A stretch of 64,000 nucleotides of DNA from an uncultured Acidobacteriaceae bacterium (GTDB taxonomy: Bacteria; Acidobacteriota; Terriglobia; Terriglobales; Acidobacteriaceae): positions 9,998-73,997 of the forward strand of contig CAVXRU010000037.1 in the NCBI GenBank assembly GCA_963763905.1, given 5' to 3'. The position numbers and the translations under genes were made by a program. The notes under the pieces were generated by a model. That model searched no databases. It was not told the origin of the DNA and worked only from the letters and a program-made list of their open reading frames with translations. Each line of letters begins with the position of its first letter. The first letter of the stretch is position 1. Positions 48,044 through 58,697 of this stretch are shown one piece after another.

Positions 48044-50359
48044 ATGACTCCGACCCACCAAATCATTCCTGGACCTCGCTCGCCCGAAGGCCGGAACGCC
48101 GGCCGCGGCACTTCGATAGAACTGTCGCGTCCGATGGGGGTCAATCGGCCCCAACCAGAAGCCTCTGTGAATTACTCAGCGCTACTTCGTCGCCATCGCA
48201 ACGCGATCGCCGTCATCATTGGCGGCACGCTTTTGCTGAGCGTCGCGTATACGTTGGTCGCGCACAAGGTTTATAAGTCGGAAGTGATTCTGGAAGTCAC
48301 CGGGTTCAACGCGGACTTCATGAATTCCAAAGACGTCGATCCAACCTCCAACCAGATCACGGGCGACGAATACATCGAGACCCAAGCTAAGCTCTTGAAG
48401 AGCCCACCGGTGATCCAACGGACCGCGGTAGCTATGGCTCCAAAGGTCCCTGGCGCCATCGCGGCCAAGCAGGGCCTCTTCGGCACCATTCGCGAATGGC
48501 TCGGTGACGTCCATGCAGCCACCCCGGCGGAAGGTGAGGCCGTGGTGTTCAACATGCTGGGGGATGCCAAAGTCAAGGTGGATGGAACTTCGGATCTGAT
48601 CACCGTGACGGTTGTCGGTCCCGAGCCGCAGCTGACCGCGGACACCGCGAATACATTGATTGATCAGTTTATTGAACAAAGTCAGGAGGCCCGCGGCTAC
48701 GCCTCGGGGAACACCAATAAGTTCCTGGCCTCGCAGCTCACCGACGCCCGCAAAAAACTGCAGGATTCTGAAAACGCCCTACAAGAATATGCGCGCCAGA
48801 CCGGTATCGTTATCCCTAGCGACACCCAGGAGAGCGTTGCGGCAGACAAATTGCGGCAGATTCAAACCGATCTGGCCAAGGCCGAAGCAGACGAGGCTGA
48901 TACCAAGGCCCAGGTAGACACTTCGAAAAACTCTCCGGCCGAGTCGATGCCCCAGGTTCTGGACGACCCCACCATGAGGGACAACCGGGCCCGGCTGTCT
49001 GACCTTCGCCGCCAGCTTTCCGATTTGAGCGTCACGCTCACGCCGCAAAACTACAAGATTCAGCAGTTAAACGCCCAGATCGCTGATCTGGAACAACAGA
49101 CTGCGCAACATCGCGCTAACATCATTCGCCGCCTTGGAGTGCAGAACTCTCAAACTGCACGCCGCAAGCAGTTGTTGAGCCAAGCCTATCAGCAACAGTT
49201 AGGCGTGGTCTCCGACCAGTCGGTGAAAGAGGTTCGTTACAACATCCTGAAGAAGGACGTGGATGCCAACCGCGACATTTATCAATCCATGTTGCAACGC
49301 GTGAAGCAGGCGAGCATCGTGGCTGCGTTGAAATCGAGCGATGTCCGCGTGGACAGCCCCGCAACGCCGGGAACATCACCGTACCGGCCGAGCTTGCCTC
49401 TTAACCTGGCATTAGGCCTGCTGCTTGGGATCGTCTTCGCCGGTTGCTACATCCTGCTGCGCGAGCGCAACGATGCCAGCCTGCGGGCGCCTGGTCAGAG
49501 CGTCAAGCACCTCAACGTGCCTGAACTGGCTGTGATTCCTTCCGCGCGCATCGGCAACAGCGAGCGCATCCCGCTCACGCTGCGCAACCTGAATGGGGCC
49601 AACAGCGCCGCACTCGAGTCCAAGAACGGCCCGCTGTCCACCACCTCCGCGGCGGTCGACAAGGAGATGGTGCAGTGGTGTCAGGATGAAACCATGATGG
49701 CGGATGCTTACCGATCCGCAATCACATCTATCCTACTTAGCCGTGTGAACGGAGTCAGTCCCCGGGTGATCCTGGTGACCAGCCCGCGTCCCAAGGCAGG
49801 GAAAACCACCACGGTAGCAAATCTTGGCATCAGCCTGGCGGAAATCGGACGGCGCGTGTTGCTGATCGACGGTGATCTCAGAAGGCCTCGCCTGGGCAAG
49901 CTCTTCGGCTTGCAATTCGCGACCGGCTTGAGCGATGCGCTGCTCGACGAAGGCCGTGGAGCCACCACGCTTGACTCTGTCATTCGCCCTAGCACTGTCC
50001 CGGGACTGTACGTGTTGCCCGGTGGCTCGGAGCCGGCGAATATCTCCAGGCTGCTCCATTCCACGCATCTGGATAGCCTGATCGAGATGGCGAGAGCGGA
50101 GTATGACTTCGTACTCATCGACTCTCCGCCGATGATGGGTATGGCCGATGCGCGGCTTCTGAGCCGCAACGCCGATGGTGTCATTCTGATCAGTCGCGCC
50201 GGAGAGACCAGCCCGGAGCAATTGAGCGAAGCCAGAGAGCGGCTGGACGATGATGGCACTCCGGTCATTGGCACCATCCTGAATGGCTGCGATCTTCGTA
50301 TCGAAGATCCATCATACGTTAGCCACTACAACAGCTACGCCGGCGTGTCACGCGGCTAG
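48044..50359 (+). CDS. wzc: polysaccharide co-polymerase / tyrosine autokinase (Wzc/GumC-EpsG type)
   Basis: 771 aa. Wzz-like N-terminal TM plus a long coiled coil. Walker A SPRPKAGKTTTVANLG, A-prime LLIDGDLRRP, Walker B VLIDSPPM. Tyr-containing tail SYVSHYNSYAG. Confidence 0.88.
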   Translation: MTPTHQIIPGPRSPEGRNAGRGTSIELSRPMGVNRPQPEASVNYSALLRRHRNAIAVIIGGTLLLSVAYTLVAHKVYKSEVILEVTGFNADFMNSKDVDPTSNQITGDEYIETQAKLLKSPPVIQRTAVAMAPKVPGAIAAKQGLFGTIREWLGDVHAATPAEGEAVVFNMLGDAKVKVDGTSDLITVTVVGPEPQLTADTANTLIDQFIEQSQEARGYASGNTNKFLASQLTDARKKLQDSENALQEYARQTGIVIPSDTQESVAADKLRQIQTDLAKAEADEADTKAQVDTSKNSPAESMPQVLDDPTMRDNRARLSDLRRQLSDLSVTLTPQNYKIQQLNAQIADLEQQTAQHRANIIRRLGVQNSQTARRKQLLSQAYQQQLGVVSDQSVKEVRYNILKKDVDANRDIYQSMLQRVKQASIVAALKSSDVRVDSPATPGTSPYRPSLPLNLALGLLLGIVFAGCYILLRERNDASLRAPGQSVKHLNVPELAVIPSARIGNSERIPLTLRNLNGANSAALESKNGPLSTTSAAVDKEMVQWCQDETMMADAYRSAITSILLSRVNGVSPRVILVTSPRPKAGKTTTVANLGISLAEIGRRVLLIDGDLRRPRLGKLFGLQFATGLSDALLDEGRGATTLDSVIRPSTVPGLYVLPGGSEPANISRLLHSTHLDSLIEMARAEYDFVLIDSPPMMGMADARLLSRNADGVILISRAGETSPEQLSEARERLDDDGTPVIGTILNGCDLRIEDPSYVSHYNSYAGVSRG

Positions 50360-50746
50360 ACGATAAAAACCACGGCTCACGATTTTTGTGAGGACGCAGT
50401 AATTTGGAAACTGGTTTAGTACCTTAAAGTTGGCTTACGAGTACTTTCGTAAGCAGTCCGCGCGCACGGATTCCCCCGCCGCGCTGCATCGGCTGCATAG
50501 ACCAACTGCAAACTGCAAGGGAACAAAGACACCGGCGAAAGTTCACCAGGGATTGGCTGTCAATTCACTACCCGGTCGAGCTTTCGTGAATCTAAAGAGC
50601 GTCTGCATGAACCAATGTTCCCTCTTCTATCGCCTTTCTCCTGCGACGGTGGCTGCAAGGGGCCCCGGTGGATCTGTTCCCACGGCCAGGAAAAGGCTTG
50701 TCTGCTTTCGTAAAAGGAACGCTTCCCGCGCAATCTGCGGGGGGCT

Positions 50747-52201
50747 ATGGGGAGAATCGCTGTCATGCATGTCCGTAATCTGCGCTTTTATCAGACTATG
50801 CAATTCGTACTGGATCTACTCGCGGTGACAGTTGCCTGGAGCTGCACCATCCAGATGCGAGTGCTACTGAATCCCTTGGCTACGCAACGAGTCAGCTGGA
50901 CCTATGCTTCGATCTGGGCGCCCTCCTTGATGATGGTCCTGGTGTTGTGGATCGTCATCGCGTGGCGGCTCGGGTTCTATCGCGTTGAAGGCCGTATCCG
51001 TCTGTGGAACAGCATCATTAATGCGGCCGAAGGCGCGCTGATAGCCAGCTGCATCATCGTCATCGTCACTTTCTTTTCCCGCGAACTTGGCACTGACGTT
51101 TCGCGCGCATTCTTCATCATCTTCGCGCCTCTCAGCTTTTTTAGCTTGGGCGTGGCGAGGTGCGTCAGCGTGGTCGCAGCTATGGTGGCCGAACGGCATT
51201 GGCCGTCGCCGATCCGGGCGGCGCTCCTGGGAGACGGTCCTCACGCGGGGCGCCTGGTCGCGCTCATGAACACAGCCAATGTGGCCAACGTAATCAAGGG
51301 CGTAATTCTCCCCGAAGGCCACACTGCGGAGGGCTTGTCACTGCCGATGCCGATTCTGGGATCGACTGGACAGCTGGCCGAAGTCATCAATCGCGAACAC
51401 CTCAATCGCATCATTCTTCTCAATGGCTCGATCTCACGGGACGAACTGGACGAATGCAATAAGGTGTTCAAGCGAATGGGTGTCATCGTCAATTGCACGG
51501 TTGACTTTGCCCCGGAACCAGGCCGAATCAATGTGGTGAACCAATACGGTTTGCCGCTGGTCGAGCTGCGGCCCTTGGCGTTTACCAAAGGTCAGGAGTT
51601 TGTCAAGCGGGCCTTTGACATCGTAGCCTCAGCGCTTGCGCTCATCTTTCTCGGCCCCACCTTCTTGGTGATAGCGATGTTGGTGAAGTTCACGTCAGAG
51701 GGACCCATTCTTTATAAGGCGCCGCGGGTGGGTAGAGGTGGCCGTCACTTCATGTTCCTCAAGTTTCGCTCCATGTATACCAACATGGATCGCACGCATG
51801 TGGCACACGCCAATGAAAAGCAGGGTCATATTTTCAAGATGAAACAGGATCCTCGCGTCACCCCGATTGGGCGTTTCATTCGGCGCTATAGCCTGGATGA
51901 ATTGCCACAGCTGATCAATGTGCTGCGCGGAGAGATGAGCCTGGTAGGTCCGAGGCCATTGCCTGCGGGTGACATGGGGCCGGATGGGATGAGCCGCGAA
52001 TTCGCCGATTGGTCCGAGGGACGGGCTGCCGTGTATCCCGGCATTACCGGCCTGTGGCAGGTGAACGGCCGCAGCGAACTCCCGTTTGAAGAGATGGTGC
52101 GGCTCGACCTGCAATACATTCGTGAATGGTCGCTGCTACTGGATATCAAAATCATTCTGGCGACGCCCGGCCTGGTCGTGAAGGGTGTAGGAGCCTACTG
52201 A
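50747..52201 (+). CDS. polyprenyl-phosphate sugar-1-phosphate transferase (WbaP/EpsB-type priming enzyme)
   Basis: 484 aa. Four N-terminal TM helices, then the Bac_transf domain KRAFDIVASALALIFLGPTFLVIAMLVKFTSEGPILYKAPRVG...DELPQLINVLRGEMSLVGPRP. Confidence 0.88.
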   Translation: MGRIAVMHVRNLRFYQTMQFVLDLLAVTVAWSCTIQMRVLLNPLATQRVSWTYASIWAPSLMMVLVLWIVIAWRLGFYRVEGRIRLWNSIINAAEGALIASCIIVIVTFFSRELGTDVSRAFFIIFAPLSFFSLGVARCVSVVAAMVAERHWPSPIRAALLGDGPHAGRLVALMNTANVANVIKGVILPEGHTAEGLSLPMPILGSTGQLAEVINREHLNRIILLNGSISRDELDECNKVFKRMGVIVNCTVDFAPEPGRINVVNQYGLPLVELRPLAFTKGQEFVKRAFDIVASALALIFLGPTFLVIAMLVKFTSEGPILYKAPRVGRGGRHFMFLKFRSMYTNMDRTHVAHANEKQGHIFKMKQDPRVTPIGRFIRRYSLDELPQLINVLRGEMSLVGPRPLPAGDMGPDGMSREFADWSEGRAAVYPGITGLWQVNGRSELPFEEMVRLDLQYIREWSLLLDIKIILATPGLVVKGVGAY

Positions 52202-52225
52202 AACCGGTCTCGACCACCGGTTTCA
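52200..52225 (+). terminator. hairpin overlapping the priming-transferase stop codon
   Basis: GAAACCGG (52200-52207), about 10-nt loop, CCGGTTTC (52218-52225), followed by ATTCC. It is a weak terminator or attenuator candidate, and a REP-like element follows at 52286-52308. Confidence 0.3.
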
Positions 52226-52285
52226 TTCCCTGCAACGGACAACCTGCATTCATCGTAAGTTCCGGGCTACCACACACTATCATAA

Positions 52286-52308
52286 CAGTCCCGAAGGGAC
52301 GGCTGAAC
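52286..52308. repeat. REP-like element CAGTCCCGAAGGGACGGCTGAAC
   Basis: See 43040-43062. It is intergenic, between the priming transferase and the first GT2. Confidence 0.55.
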
Positions 52309-52362
52309 ACATGTTTCCTCCTGTAACTCTTTTGACCCGGAGCGACCATCCTGAGCTTTCTA

Positions 52363-53442
52363 ATGCCTACTGTGGAACGAAAAACCGAACTGCATCCCAT
52401 CGAGCTTCGCGCTTTATCGGCAAAACCACTGGTTTCGATTCTGGTCTCGAATTACAACTACGCTCGCTACATAGGGGAAACAATTGAAAGCGCGCTCAAC
52501 CAGACGTATTCCAATATTGAACTGATCATCTGCGACGACGGTTCGACGGATGACTCGGTCCGCATCATCGAGGAATATCAACGCAAAGATCCGCGTTTAC
52601 AGTTGATCCGCAAAGCGAATGGAGGGCAGGCTTCAGGTTTCAATGCCGCATTTGCTGCCAGCCAGGGTGAACTTCTCGCGCTGCTCGACTCCGACGATTG
52701 TTTCCTGCCCCACAAGATCGAGAGGATTGTCGCGGATTTTCAAGCGCATCCTAATGCTGGTTTTGGCCTTCATCGCGTGATCCGCATGAGCGCGGATCGC
52801 CGCCGCCAGGGAGTGTGGCCCATGTCTGCCCCCTTACCTTGCGGGTGGTATGGTTCCAGCCTTCTACAGAATGGCGGCATAGTGCCCTACGTGCCTCCGA
52901 CTTCGGGTTTAAGTTTCCATCGCGATGTAGCTGAGCGGATGTTCCCGCTTCCCCTCGAGCCCACACTGGTAAGCTGTCCCGATCAACTGATTACCCGCCT
53001 GGCTCCGTTGCTCACCAGCATAACGCGTGAAGACGAAGCCTTGTCGGAGTACCGTCTGCACGGCGGAAACAACTACGGACCGGACCGCGTGTCCGCGGCC
53101 TCGTTCAAGCGCGAACTGGACTATTGTGAGGTCCTCTGGCGTGCCCAAAAGCGCTTTCTTGCGACCATCGCCCCCGAACTGGAGGCGGATCTTCAGCCGC
53201 TCAACGTCAATGGGTACATTGCCTTCGCAAGTTATATCCACGCACGTTTGGCCAGAGATCCTGATCAGCGCCAACATTATGACCGATATCTGGAACGCCT
53301 TAACGGGCCAGGCGCCAAGCATGTTTGGTTTTGGAAAATTTCAATCTACTTGCCGTACCCGGTATTCGAGTTCGCCGTCAATCTGTTAATACGGCAAAGT
53401 TGGATCAAACAATTCATTTCACGCTTAAAAAAGATGTCCTGA
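52363..53442 (+). CDS. family-2 glycosyltransferase (paralog of 62809-63891)
   Basis: 359 aa. VSILVSNYNYARYIGETIESALNQTYSNIELIICDDGSTDDS; LDSDD. The C-terminal domain is colinear with the 360-aa GT2 at 62.8 kb. Confidence 0.88.
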   Translation: MPTVERKTELHPIELRALSAKPLVSILVSNYNYARYIGETIESALNQTYSNIELIICDDGSTDDSVRIIEEYQRKDPRLQLIRKANGGQASGFNAAFAASQGELLALLDSDDCFLPHKIERIVADFQAHPNAGFGLHRVIRMSADRRRQGVWPMSAPLPCGWYGSSLLQNGGIVPYVPPTSGLSFHRDVAERMFPLPLEPTLVSCPDQLITRLAPLLTSITREDEALSEYRLHGGNNYGPDRVSAASFKRELDYCEVLWRAQKRFLATIAPELEADLQPLNVNGYIAFASYIHARLARDPDQRQHYDRYLERLNGPGAKHVWFWKISIYLPYPVFEFAVNLLIRQSWIKQFISRLKKMS

Positions 53443-53532
53443 GTTAGATCGCGTGACAACTTGTTACATTTGCATTTCTTCCTTTCCTCGGCAGCTCCGC
53501 TGCCAAAGAATTCCAGATTGGAGCAATCACGA

Positions 53533-54627
53533 ATGAGTACTAAGCCTCTCGTCAGTATCGGACTCTTTCTCTATAACGGAGAGCGATTCCTCGAAGCCGC
53601 TATCGAATCCATACTCAATCAAACCTTTAGGGATTTCGAACTCATCATTTCTGATAACTGCTCCACCGATAGCAGTGATGAGATTTGCCGGCGCTATGCA
53701 GCTCAGGATCCCCGCATTCGCTATTACCGCAACCAGCGCAATATGGGCGCGGGTTGGAACCTCAGACGGGTCTACGAACTGGCCACCGGGAAATACTTCA
53801 AGCAGGCCGCACACGACGACATGATTCAGCCGGACTACCTTCGCCAGTGCGTGGACGCATTGGAGGCCGATGAGTCGCTCGTTCTTGCCCATAGCCTGAC
53901 CCGGGTGGTCGACGAGAACGGCCAGGTCATCGAGAACTACGATGACGGAAGGTTCGAGGACGGGAAAAGAGATGTCGAAGCACGCTCCCGTGTCGGTCAC
54001 CGGTTAACGAGCATGCGCACCAGTTCGCTCGACCCGGTCGTACGCGCACGAGACCTTCTTCTCATAGGCCACAGATGCTATTCCATCTTTGGCCTCATTC
54101 GCCTCGACGCCCTGCACAAGCTACCGCCCCAAGGCTGCTATGCACACAGTGACCGTGTGCTTCTGTTGCAACTTGGCTTGCTCGGACGGTACTACGAGGT
54201 CCCGGAGTATTTGTTTATCAGCACCCGGCATTCGGGTCAGTCGGTCAGGACCTCCCCAGAAAGAACCAAGGCCAAGGGATTTCGCCTGACTCGGCGCGTT
54301 GGTACGTTGCCGGCGATGGAGTGGTGGGATCCCACCAAGGCCCGCAAGATCCTGTTCCCAGAGTGGAAAGCGGCTAAGGAGTTTTTCCTCTCCGTTGTTC
54401 ATGCGCCACTGACGCCGTGGCAAAAGATGAGATGCTACGGCCTGGTTGGACGGTGGCTGTTGAAATATCACCGCCGCATGGCTAAGGATGTTCTGCTAGC
54501 CGCCGATCAAGTGCTGTTCAATTTCCAAAACAGGGATGCTATGGCAGCCAAGCCCCCCCAAACTGCCGATGCATCCTCCAAAATAGTCTCCCTCGATCCA
54601 AATACCAGTGGAGGTGAATCTTTATGA
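53533..54627 (+). CDS. family-2 glycosyltransferase
   Basis: Start at ATG 53533, after GGAG. VSIGLFLYNGERFLEAAIESILNQTFRDFELIISDNCSTDSS. The stop overlaps the next start (ATGA at 54624-54627). Confidence 0.85.
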   Translation: MSTKPLVSIGLFLYNGERFLEAAIESILNQTFRDFELIISDNCSTDSSDEICRRYAAQDPRIRYYRNQRNMGAGWNLRRVYELATGKYFKQAAHDDMIQPDYLRQCVDALEADESLVLAHSLTRVVDENGQVIENYDDGRFEDGKRDVEARSRVGHRLTSMRTSSLDPVVRARDLLLIGHRCYSIFGLIRLDALHKLPPQGCYAHSDRVLLLQLGLLGRYYEVPEYLFISTRHSGQSVRTSPERTKAKGFRLTRRVGTLPAMEWWDPTKARKILFPEWKAAKEFFLSVVHAPLTPWQKMRCYGLVGRWLLKYHRRMAKDVLLAADQVLFNFQNRDAMAAKPPQTADASSKIVSLDPNTSGGESL

Positions 54628-55475
54628 AGGTTGCAATTCTTGCAGGGGGGTTGGGCTCGCGGCTAGCCGAAGAAACTGAAGTCAAGCCGAAGCCCATGGT
54701 CGAGATTGGCGGTAAGCCAATTCTCTGGCACATCATGATGCACTATGCGCACTATGGCTTCAGTGAATTCGCGATCGCCCTGGGCTATAAGGGTGAAGTG
54801 ATCAAGAAGTACATGCTTGACTATTGCTCGCTGAATCGCGATTTGAGTGTCTCGCTTAAAACCGGCAAAGTCAAAATGAATGGCGGAATCGTGCCCGACT
54901 GGACCGTAGACCTGGTCGATACCGGTATGAAGACGCAGACCGGCGGCCGCATCAAGCGGTTGGCTCCGTATATGGGTAACGAGACATTCATGCTCACCTG
55001 GGGCGACGGCGTCTCCGACATCAACCTGCACGATCTGCTCGCGTTCCATCGCTCGCATGGAAAGCTGGCCACGCTCACTGCTGTCAGACCGACGGCGCGC
55101 TTTGGCCACCTCGAGATGGATGGCAATCTGGTCACCGAGTTTTCTGAGAAGCCACAAACGAAGGAAGGCTGGATCAACGGTGCGTTCTTTGTCCTGGAAC
55201 CCGAGATCTTTGACTTCATCGACGGCGATGACACCCACTTCGAGAAGGAGCCGCTCGAGCGGCTGGCCAGCGAAGGACAACTGACGGCGTATCGGCACAC
55301 CGCCTTCTGGCAGTGTATGGATACCATCCGCGAGAAAAAGATCCTGGAGACGTACTGGGAAAGCGGCAACGCACCATGGAAAACTTGGGAGGAATCGAAT
55401 GCGAGTATTAATAACGGGCCACGCGGGGTACATCGGAACGGTTTTGGTACCAATGTTGTTGCAGGCCGGGCATGA
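54624..55475 (+). CDS. rfbF: glucose-1-phosphate cytidylyltransferase
   Basis: [57 protein letters not shown]...[11 protein letters not shown] is near-canonical RfbF. The 3-prime end overlaps the next gene by 77 nt. Confidence 0.92.
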   Translation: MKVAILAGGLGSRLAEETEVKPKPMVEIGGKPILWHIMMHYAHYGFSEFAIALGYKGEVIKKYMLDYCSLNRDLSVSLKTGKVKMNGGIVPDWTVDLVDTGMKTQTGGRIKRLAPYMGNETFMLTWGDGVSDINLHDLLAFHRSHGKLATLTAVRPTARFGHLEMDGNLVTEFSEKPQTKEGWINGAFFVLEPEIFDFIDGDDTHFEKEPLERLASEGQLTAYRHTAFWQCMDTIREKKILETYWESGNAPWKTWEESNASINNGPRGVHRNGFGTNVVAGRA

Positions 55476-56466
55476 AGTAGTTGGGCTCGATACCGATCTT
55501 TTCGAGCGCAGCACCTTCAGCGACGGGATCGCAGAGATCCCCGAGATCCGCAAGGACGTTCGCGATGTAACCCTGTCTGATGTCGAGGGCTTCGAGGCCA
55601 TTCTGCATCTCGCCGGGCTTTCGAACGATCCCTTGGGCGACCTGAATCCAGGTCTGACCTTTGAGATCAACCACCAGGCATCCGTCAAGCTGGCCAAGTT
55701 GGCCAAGCAGGCCGGGGTGGAGAGATTTATCTTCTCTTCTTCCTGCAGCAACTACGGCGCCGGTGGCGACGATCTGCTGGATGAGCATTCGGCCTTTAAC
55801 CCCGTTACCCCGTATGGCACCTCCAAAGTCATGGTGGAGCGGGACGTGGCCAAGCTGGCCGACCATCGCTTCAGCCCCACTTTCCTGCGCAATGCTACCG
55901 CCTTCGGTGTTTCACCCCGGTTGCGGTTTGACCTGGTACTGAACAACCTGGTGGCCTGGGCTTATGCCACCGGCCGGGTCTACATCAAGAGCGATGGAAC
56001 TCCGTGGAGACCCATCGTGCACATCGCCGACATCTCGCGTGCCTTCATTGCTGCGATGCACGCACCGATTGACCTGGTGCACAACGAAGCATTCAACGTT
56101 GGCCGCAACGAGGACAACTACCGGATTTACGAGCTGGCCGACATCGTTAAGGAGACGGTGCCCAACACGGTGATCGAGTATGCAGCCGATGCCGGCCCCG
56201 ACAAGCGCTGCTACCGCGTGGATTGCAGCAAAATTCGCAAGGTTCTGCCCGAGTTTCAGCCCGTCTGGGACGCCCGCAAGGGTGCGGTCGAACTGCACGA
56301 AACCTACAAGAAGATCGGCCTGGTTCTCGAAGACTTCGAGGGGCCGCGCTTTAAGCGGATCGCACATATTCGGAAGTTGATCGAGGATGGTCTTCTCGAC
56401 TCCTCTCTCCGTTGGACCAACCAGGAAGCGCCGGCTGCCGTTGCCGCGGGGGCTGCGAAGGCATGA
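55399..56466 (+). CDS. NAD-dependent nucleotide-sugar epimerase/dehydratase (extended SDR)
   Basis: 355 aa. Rossmann [14 protein letters not shown]; catalytic SSSCSNYG...YGTSK. It is not obviously the canonical CDP-glucose 4,6-dehydratase RfbG. Confidence 0.85.
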   Translation: MRVLITGHAGYIGTVLVPMLLQAGHEVVGLDTDLFERSTFSDGIAEIPEIRKDVRDVTLSDVEGFEAILHLAGLSNDPLGDLNPGLTFEINHQASVKLAKLAKQAGVERFIFSSSCSNYGAGGDDLLDEHSAFNPVTPYGTSKVMVERDVAKLADHRFSPTFLRNATAFGVSPRLRFDLVLNNLVAWAYATGRVYIKSDGTPWRPIVHIADISRAFIAAMHAPIDLVHNEAFNVGRNEDNYRIYELADIVKETVPNTVIEYAADAGPDKRCYRVDCSKIRKVLPEFQPVWDARKGAVELHETYKKIGLVLEDFEGPRFKRIAHIRKLIEDGLLDSSLRWTNQEAPAAVAAGAAKA

Positions 56467-57692
56467 CCAATTCAACCTTTCACTGCCGCGCATGCAATTC
56501 TGCGCAGTGCGTTCCGATCCTTTCTTTCGGAACCACTCCGCTTGCCGATGCACTGCTCTCAGCCGACCAGCTTGGATCGCCGGAAGTCACGGCGCCCCTC
56601 GACCTGGTCTTCTGCCCCGAGTGCTCGCTGGTGCAGATCACCGAAACGGTTCCGCCGGAAATTCTCTTTTGCCGGAACTATCCTTACTTTTCTTCCGTGT
56701 CGAAGAGCCTGCTGGAGCATTTCGCGAAAAGTGCTGAAGCCATCGTTCATTCGCGCGGTCTCAATGCCGGCAGCCTGGTCATCGAAGCAGCGTCCAACGA
56801 CGGTTACATGTTGCGCAACTTCGTAAAGCACGGCATACCGGTCCTCGGTATCGATCCTGCCGAAGAGCAGGTACGCACTGCCAACGAGCGCGGCGTGACC
56901 AGTATCAACACCTTTTTCACAAAGGATCTGGCTGAAAAGCTGGCCTCCGAGGGCAAGAAGGCCGACGTCTTCCTGGCCAACAATGTGCTTGCTCATGTGG
57001 CAGACCTCAACGGCTTCGTCGACGGCATCGCCGCCTTATTGAAGCCCACCGGCGTCGCAGTGATCGAGGCGCCTTACATTGTCGACCTGATCCAGAAGTG
57101 CGAGTTCGACACCATTTACCACCAGCATCTCTGCTATTTCTCGGTGACAGCGCTATCCAGGCTGTTCCGTGATCATGGCCTTCACCTGAACGACGTGGAG
57201 CGCACGAGGATCCATGGCGGATCCCTCCGGCTGTTCGTCGAGCCGGTGGAAACTCCCACCGCACGCCTGAGAGCGATCCTCGCGGACGAAAAAAACGCAG
57301 GTGTCTCAACCATCGAGTACTACAAGGGCTTTGCTGATCGCGTGCATGCCGTGCGCGACCAGCTCACCACCCTGTTGAAGGATTTGAAGGGCAAAGGCAA
57401 GTCGATTGCCGGCTATGCAGCAGCGGCCAAGGCCACCACTCTGCTCGCCTTCTGCAATATCGATAAGAAACTGCTCGATTACGTAGTCGACCTGAATGAG
57501 TTCAAGCAGGGCCGGTTCATGCCCGGTAATCACCTGCCGATTCTTTCCCCGCAGAAACTGCTGGATACAAAGCCCGATTATGTTCTCGTGCTGGCGTGGA
57601 ATTTTGCCGGCGAAATTATGGAACAACAACATGCCTATAAGGCGCGTGGCGGAAAATTCATTATTCCGATTCCGACGCCTGCAGTTGTCTAA
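56463..57692 (+). CDS. NDP-hexose C-methyltransferase-family enzyme (TylC3/EryBIII-like architecture)
   Basis: ATGA overlap with the SDR stop. N-terminal Zn-ribbon CRACNS...CPECSLVQ; SAM domain [13 protein letters not shown]; C-terminal C-methyltransferase-type domain [14 protein letters not shown]...YVLVLAWNF. Confidence 0.8.
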   Translation: MTNSTFHCRACNSAQCVPILSFGTTPLADALLSADQLGSPEVTAPLDLVFCPECSLVQITETVPPEILFCRNYPYFSSVSKSLLEHFAKSAEAIVHSRGLNAGSLVIEAASNDGYMLRNFVKHGIPVLGIDPAEEQVRTANERGVTSINTFFTKDLAEKLASEGKKADVFLANNVLAHVADLNGFVDGIAALLKPTGVAVIEAPYIVDLIQKCEFDTIYHQHLCYFSVTALSRLFRDHGLHLNDVERTRIHGGSLRLFVEPVETPTARLRAILADEKNAGVSTIEYYKGFADRVHAVRDQLTTLLKDLKGKGKSIAGYAAAAKATTLLAFCNIDKKLLDYVVDLNEFKQGRFMPGNHLPILSPQKLLDTKPDYVLVLAWNFAGEIMEQQHAYKARGGKFIIPIPTPAVV

Positions 57693-57706
57693 AGGAGATT
57701 TGCTTC

Positions 57707-58636
57707 ATGAATAGCATCTACGTAGATTCCAGGTTTAACGACGAGAAGCGCCGTCAGCTCTTGTATGAGGGGCAGCTTTTTGTTTACTCGCCCCGGCCCA
57801 CGGCTCTGGCCTTCACCGATTTCGCTGCGGAAATGATCAAGGATGCTTTCGGCAAAGACGACCCGACCACAGCCCAGTACGACATGCCGGTAGAAGAGTT
57901 TGTTCGTATCTTCGCTCCTCTCAAGCCCGCTTTTATTCATCACCCGGAGACCAAGCGGCTGATCCAGGCCATGCTCAAGGACTTCGGTTGCGACATGGAG
58001 ACGACTTACCTCGATGTGCCGCGCCTGCGCGCCGTCACCTCCGATGCTTATCTGACTTCGGGTGTGGGATACGCACACCATCTCCACCGCGATACCTGGT
58101 ACTCGGCTCCGATGTGCCAGCTCAACTGGTGGCTGCCCATCTTCGAGATGTCTTCGGAGAGCTCGATGGCTTTTCATCCGCGGTATTGGAGTGAGGCGGT
58201 CAAGAACGGGTCCAGCAAGTTCAACTACTACGCCTGGAACAGCACCGGCCGGGCAGACGCGGCCAAGCACATCAAGTCCGACACCCGCGAGCAGCCAAAG
58301 CCCGAGCAGCCCATGGAGTTGGACCCACAGGTGCGGGTCATCTCTGAGCCCGGTGGAGCGCTGGTCTTTTCCGCCGCCAACATGCACTCAACCGTGCCCA
58401 ACACCTCCGGCAAGACCCGCTTCAGCATCGACTTCCGCACCGTCAGCCTGATCGATGTGAAGGCGAAGAATGGAGCGCCCAATCTCGATTCACACCCGAT
58501 TGGAACCTCCCTGCGTGACTTCATGAAGGGATCCGATCTGAGCCCCATGCCGGAAGAAATCGCGGCTGCGTATGACAGCCCTGAAGCAGCCGACGGAGTT
58601 AAAGTATTCCGCCCGGAAGTGGTAGGAGCCCGCTAG
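57707..58636 (+). CDS. cupin-fold non-haem Fe(II)/2-oxoglutarate oxygenase-like protein, family not recognised
   Basis: 309 aa. RBS AAGGAG. Putative facial triad HRD in GYAHHLHRDTWY plus distal H in AANMHSTVPN. Putative 2OG-binding Arg in KTRFSIDFR. Confidence 0.55.
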   Translation: MNSIYVDSRFNDEKRRQLLYEGQLFVYSPRPTALAFTDFAAEMIKDAFGKDDPTTAQYDMPVEEFVRIFAPLKPAFIHHPETKRLIQAMLKDFGCDMETTYLDVPRLRAVTSDAYLTSGVGYAHHLHRDTWYSAPMCQLNWWLPIFEMSSESSMAFHPRYWSEAVKNGSSKFNYYAWNSTGRADAAKHIKSDTREQPKPEQPMELDPQVRVISEPGGALVFSAANMHSTVPNTSGKTRFSIDFRTVSLIDVKAKNGAPNLDSHPIGTSLRDFMKGSDLSPMPEEIAAAYDSPEAADGVKVFRPEVVGAR

Positions 58637-58647
58637 CTATAGGACAT

Positions 58648-58697
58648 GAGTGGGTGGCCCAGGTCTCGCTTTTAAGGCCTGGGTTTTCCCCGAAGGA
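58648..58697. repeat. REP-like element (copy 1)
   Basis: GAGTGGGTGGCCCAGGTCTCGCTTTTAAGGCCTGGGTTTTCCCCGAAGGA, about 85 percent identical by eye to 61420-61470. The related palindrome CACCCACCCACTC-TGT-GAGTGGGGTGGC lies at 58833-58860. Confidence 0.6.

Noticed and set aside
54663-55751. 362-aa minus-strand ORF
   Set aside because: It is antisense to near-canonical rfbF and the SDR gene.
57689-58387. 232-aa minus-strand ORF
   Set aside because: It is antisense to the oxygenase-like gene, which has a strong RBS and sits in operon context on the plus strand.
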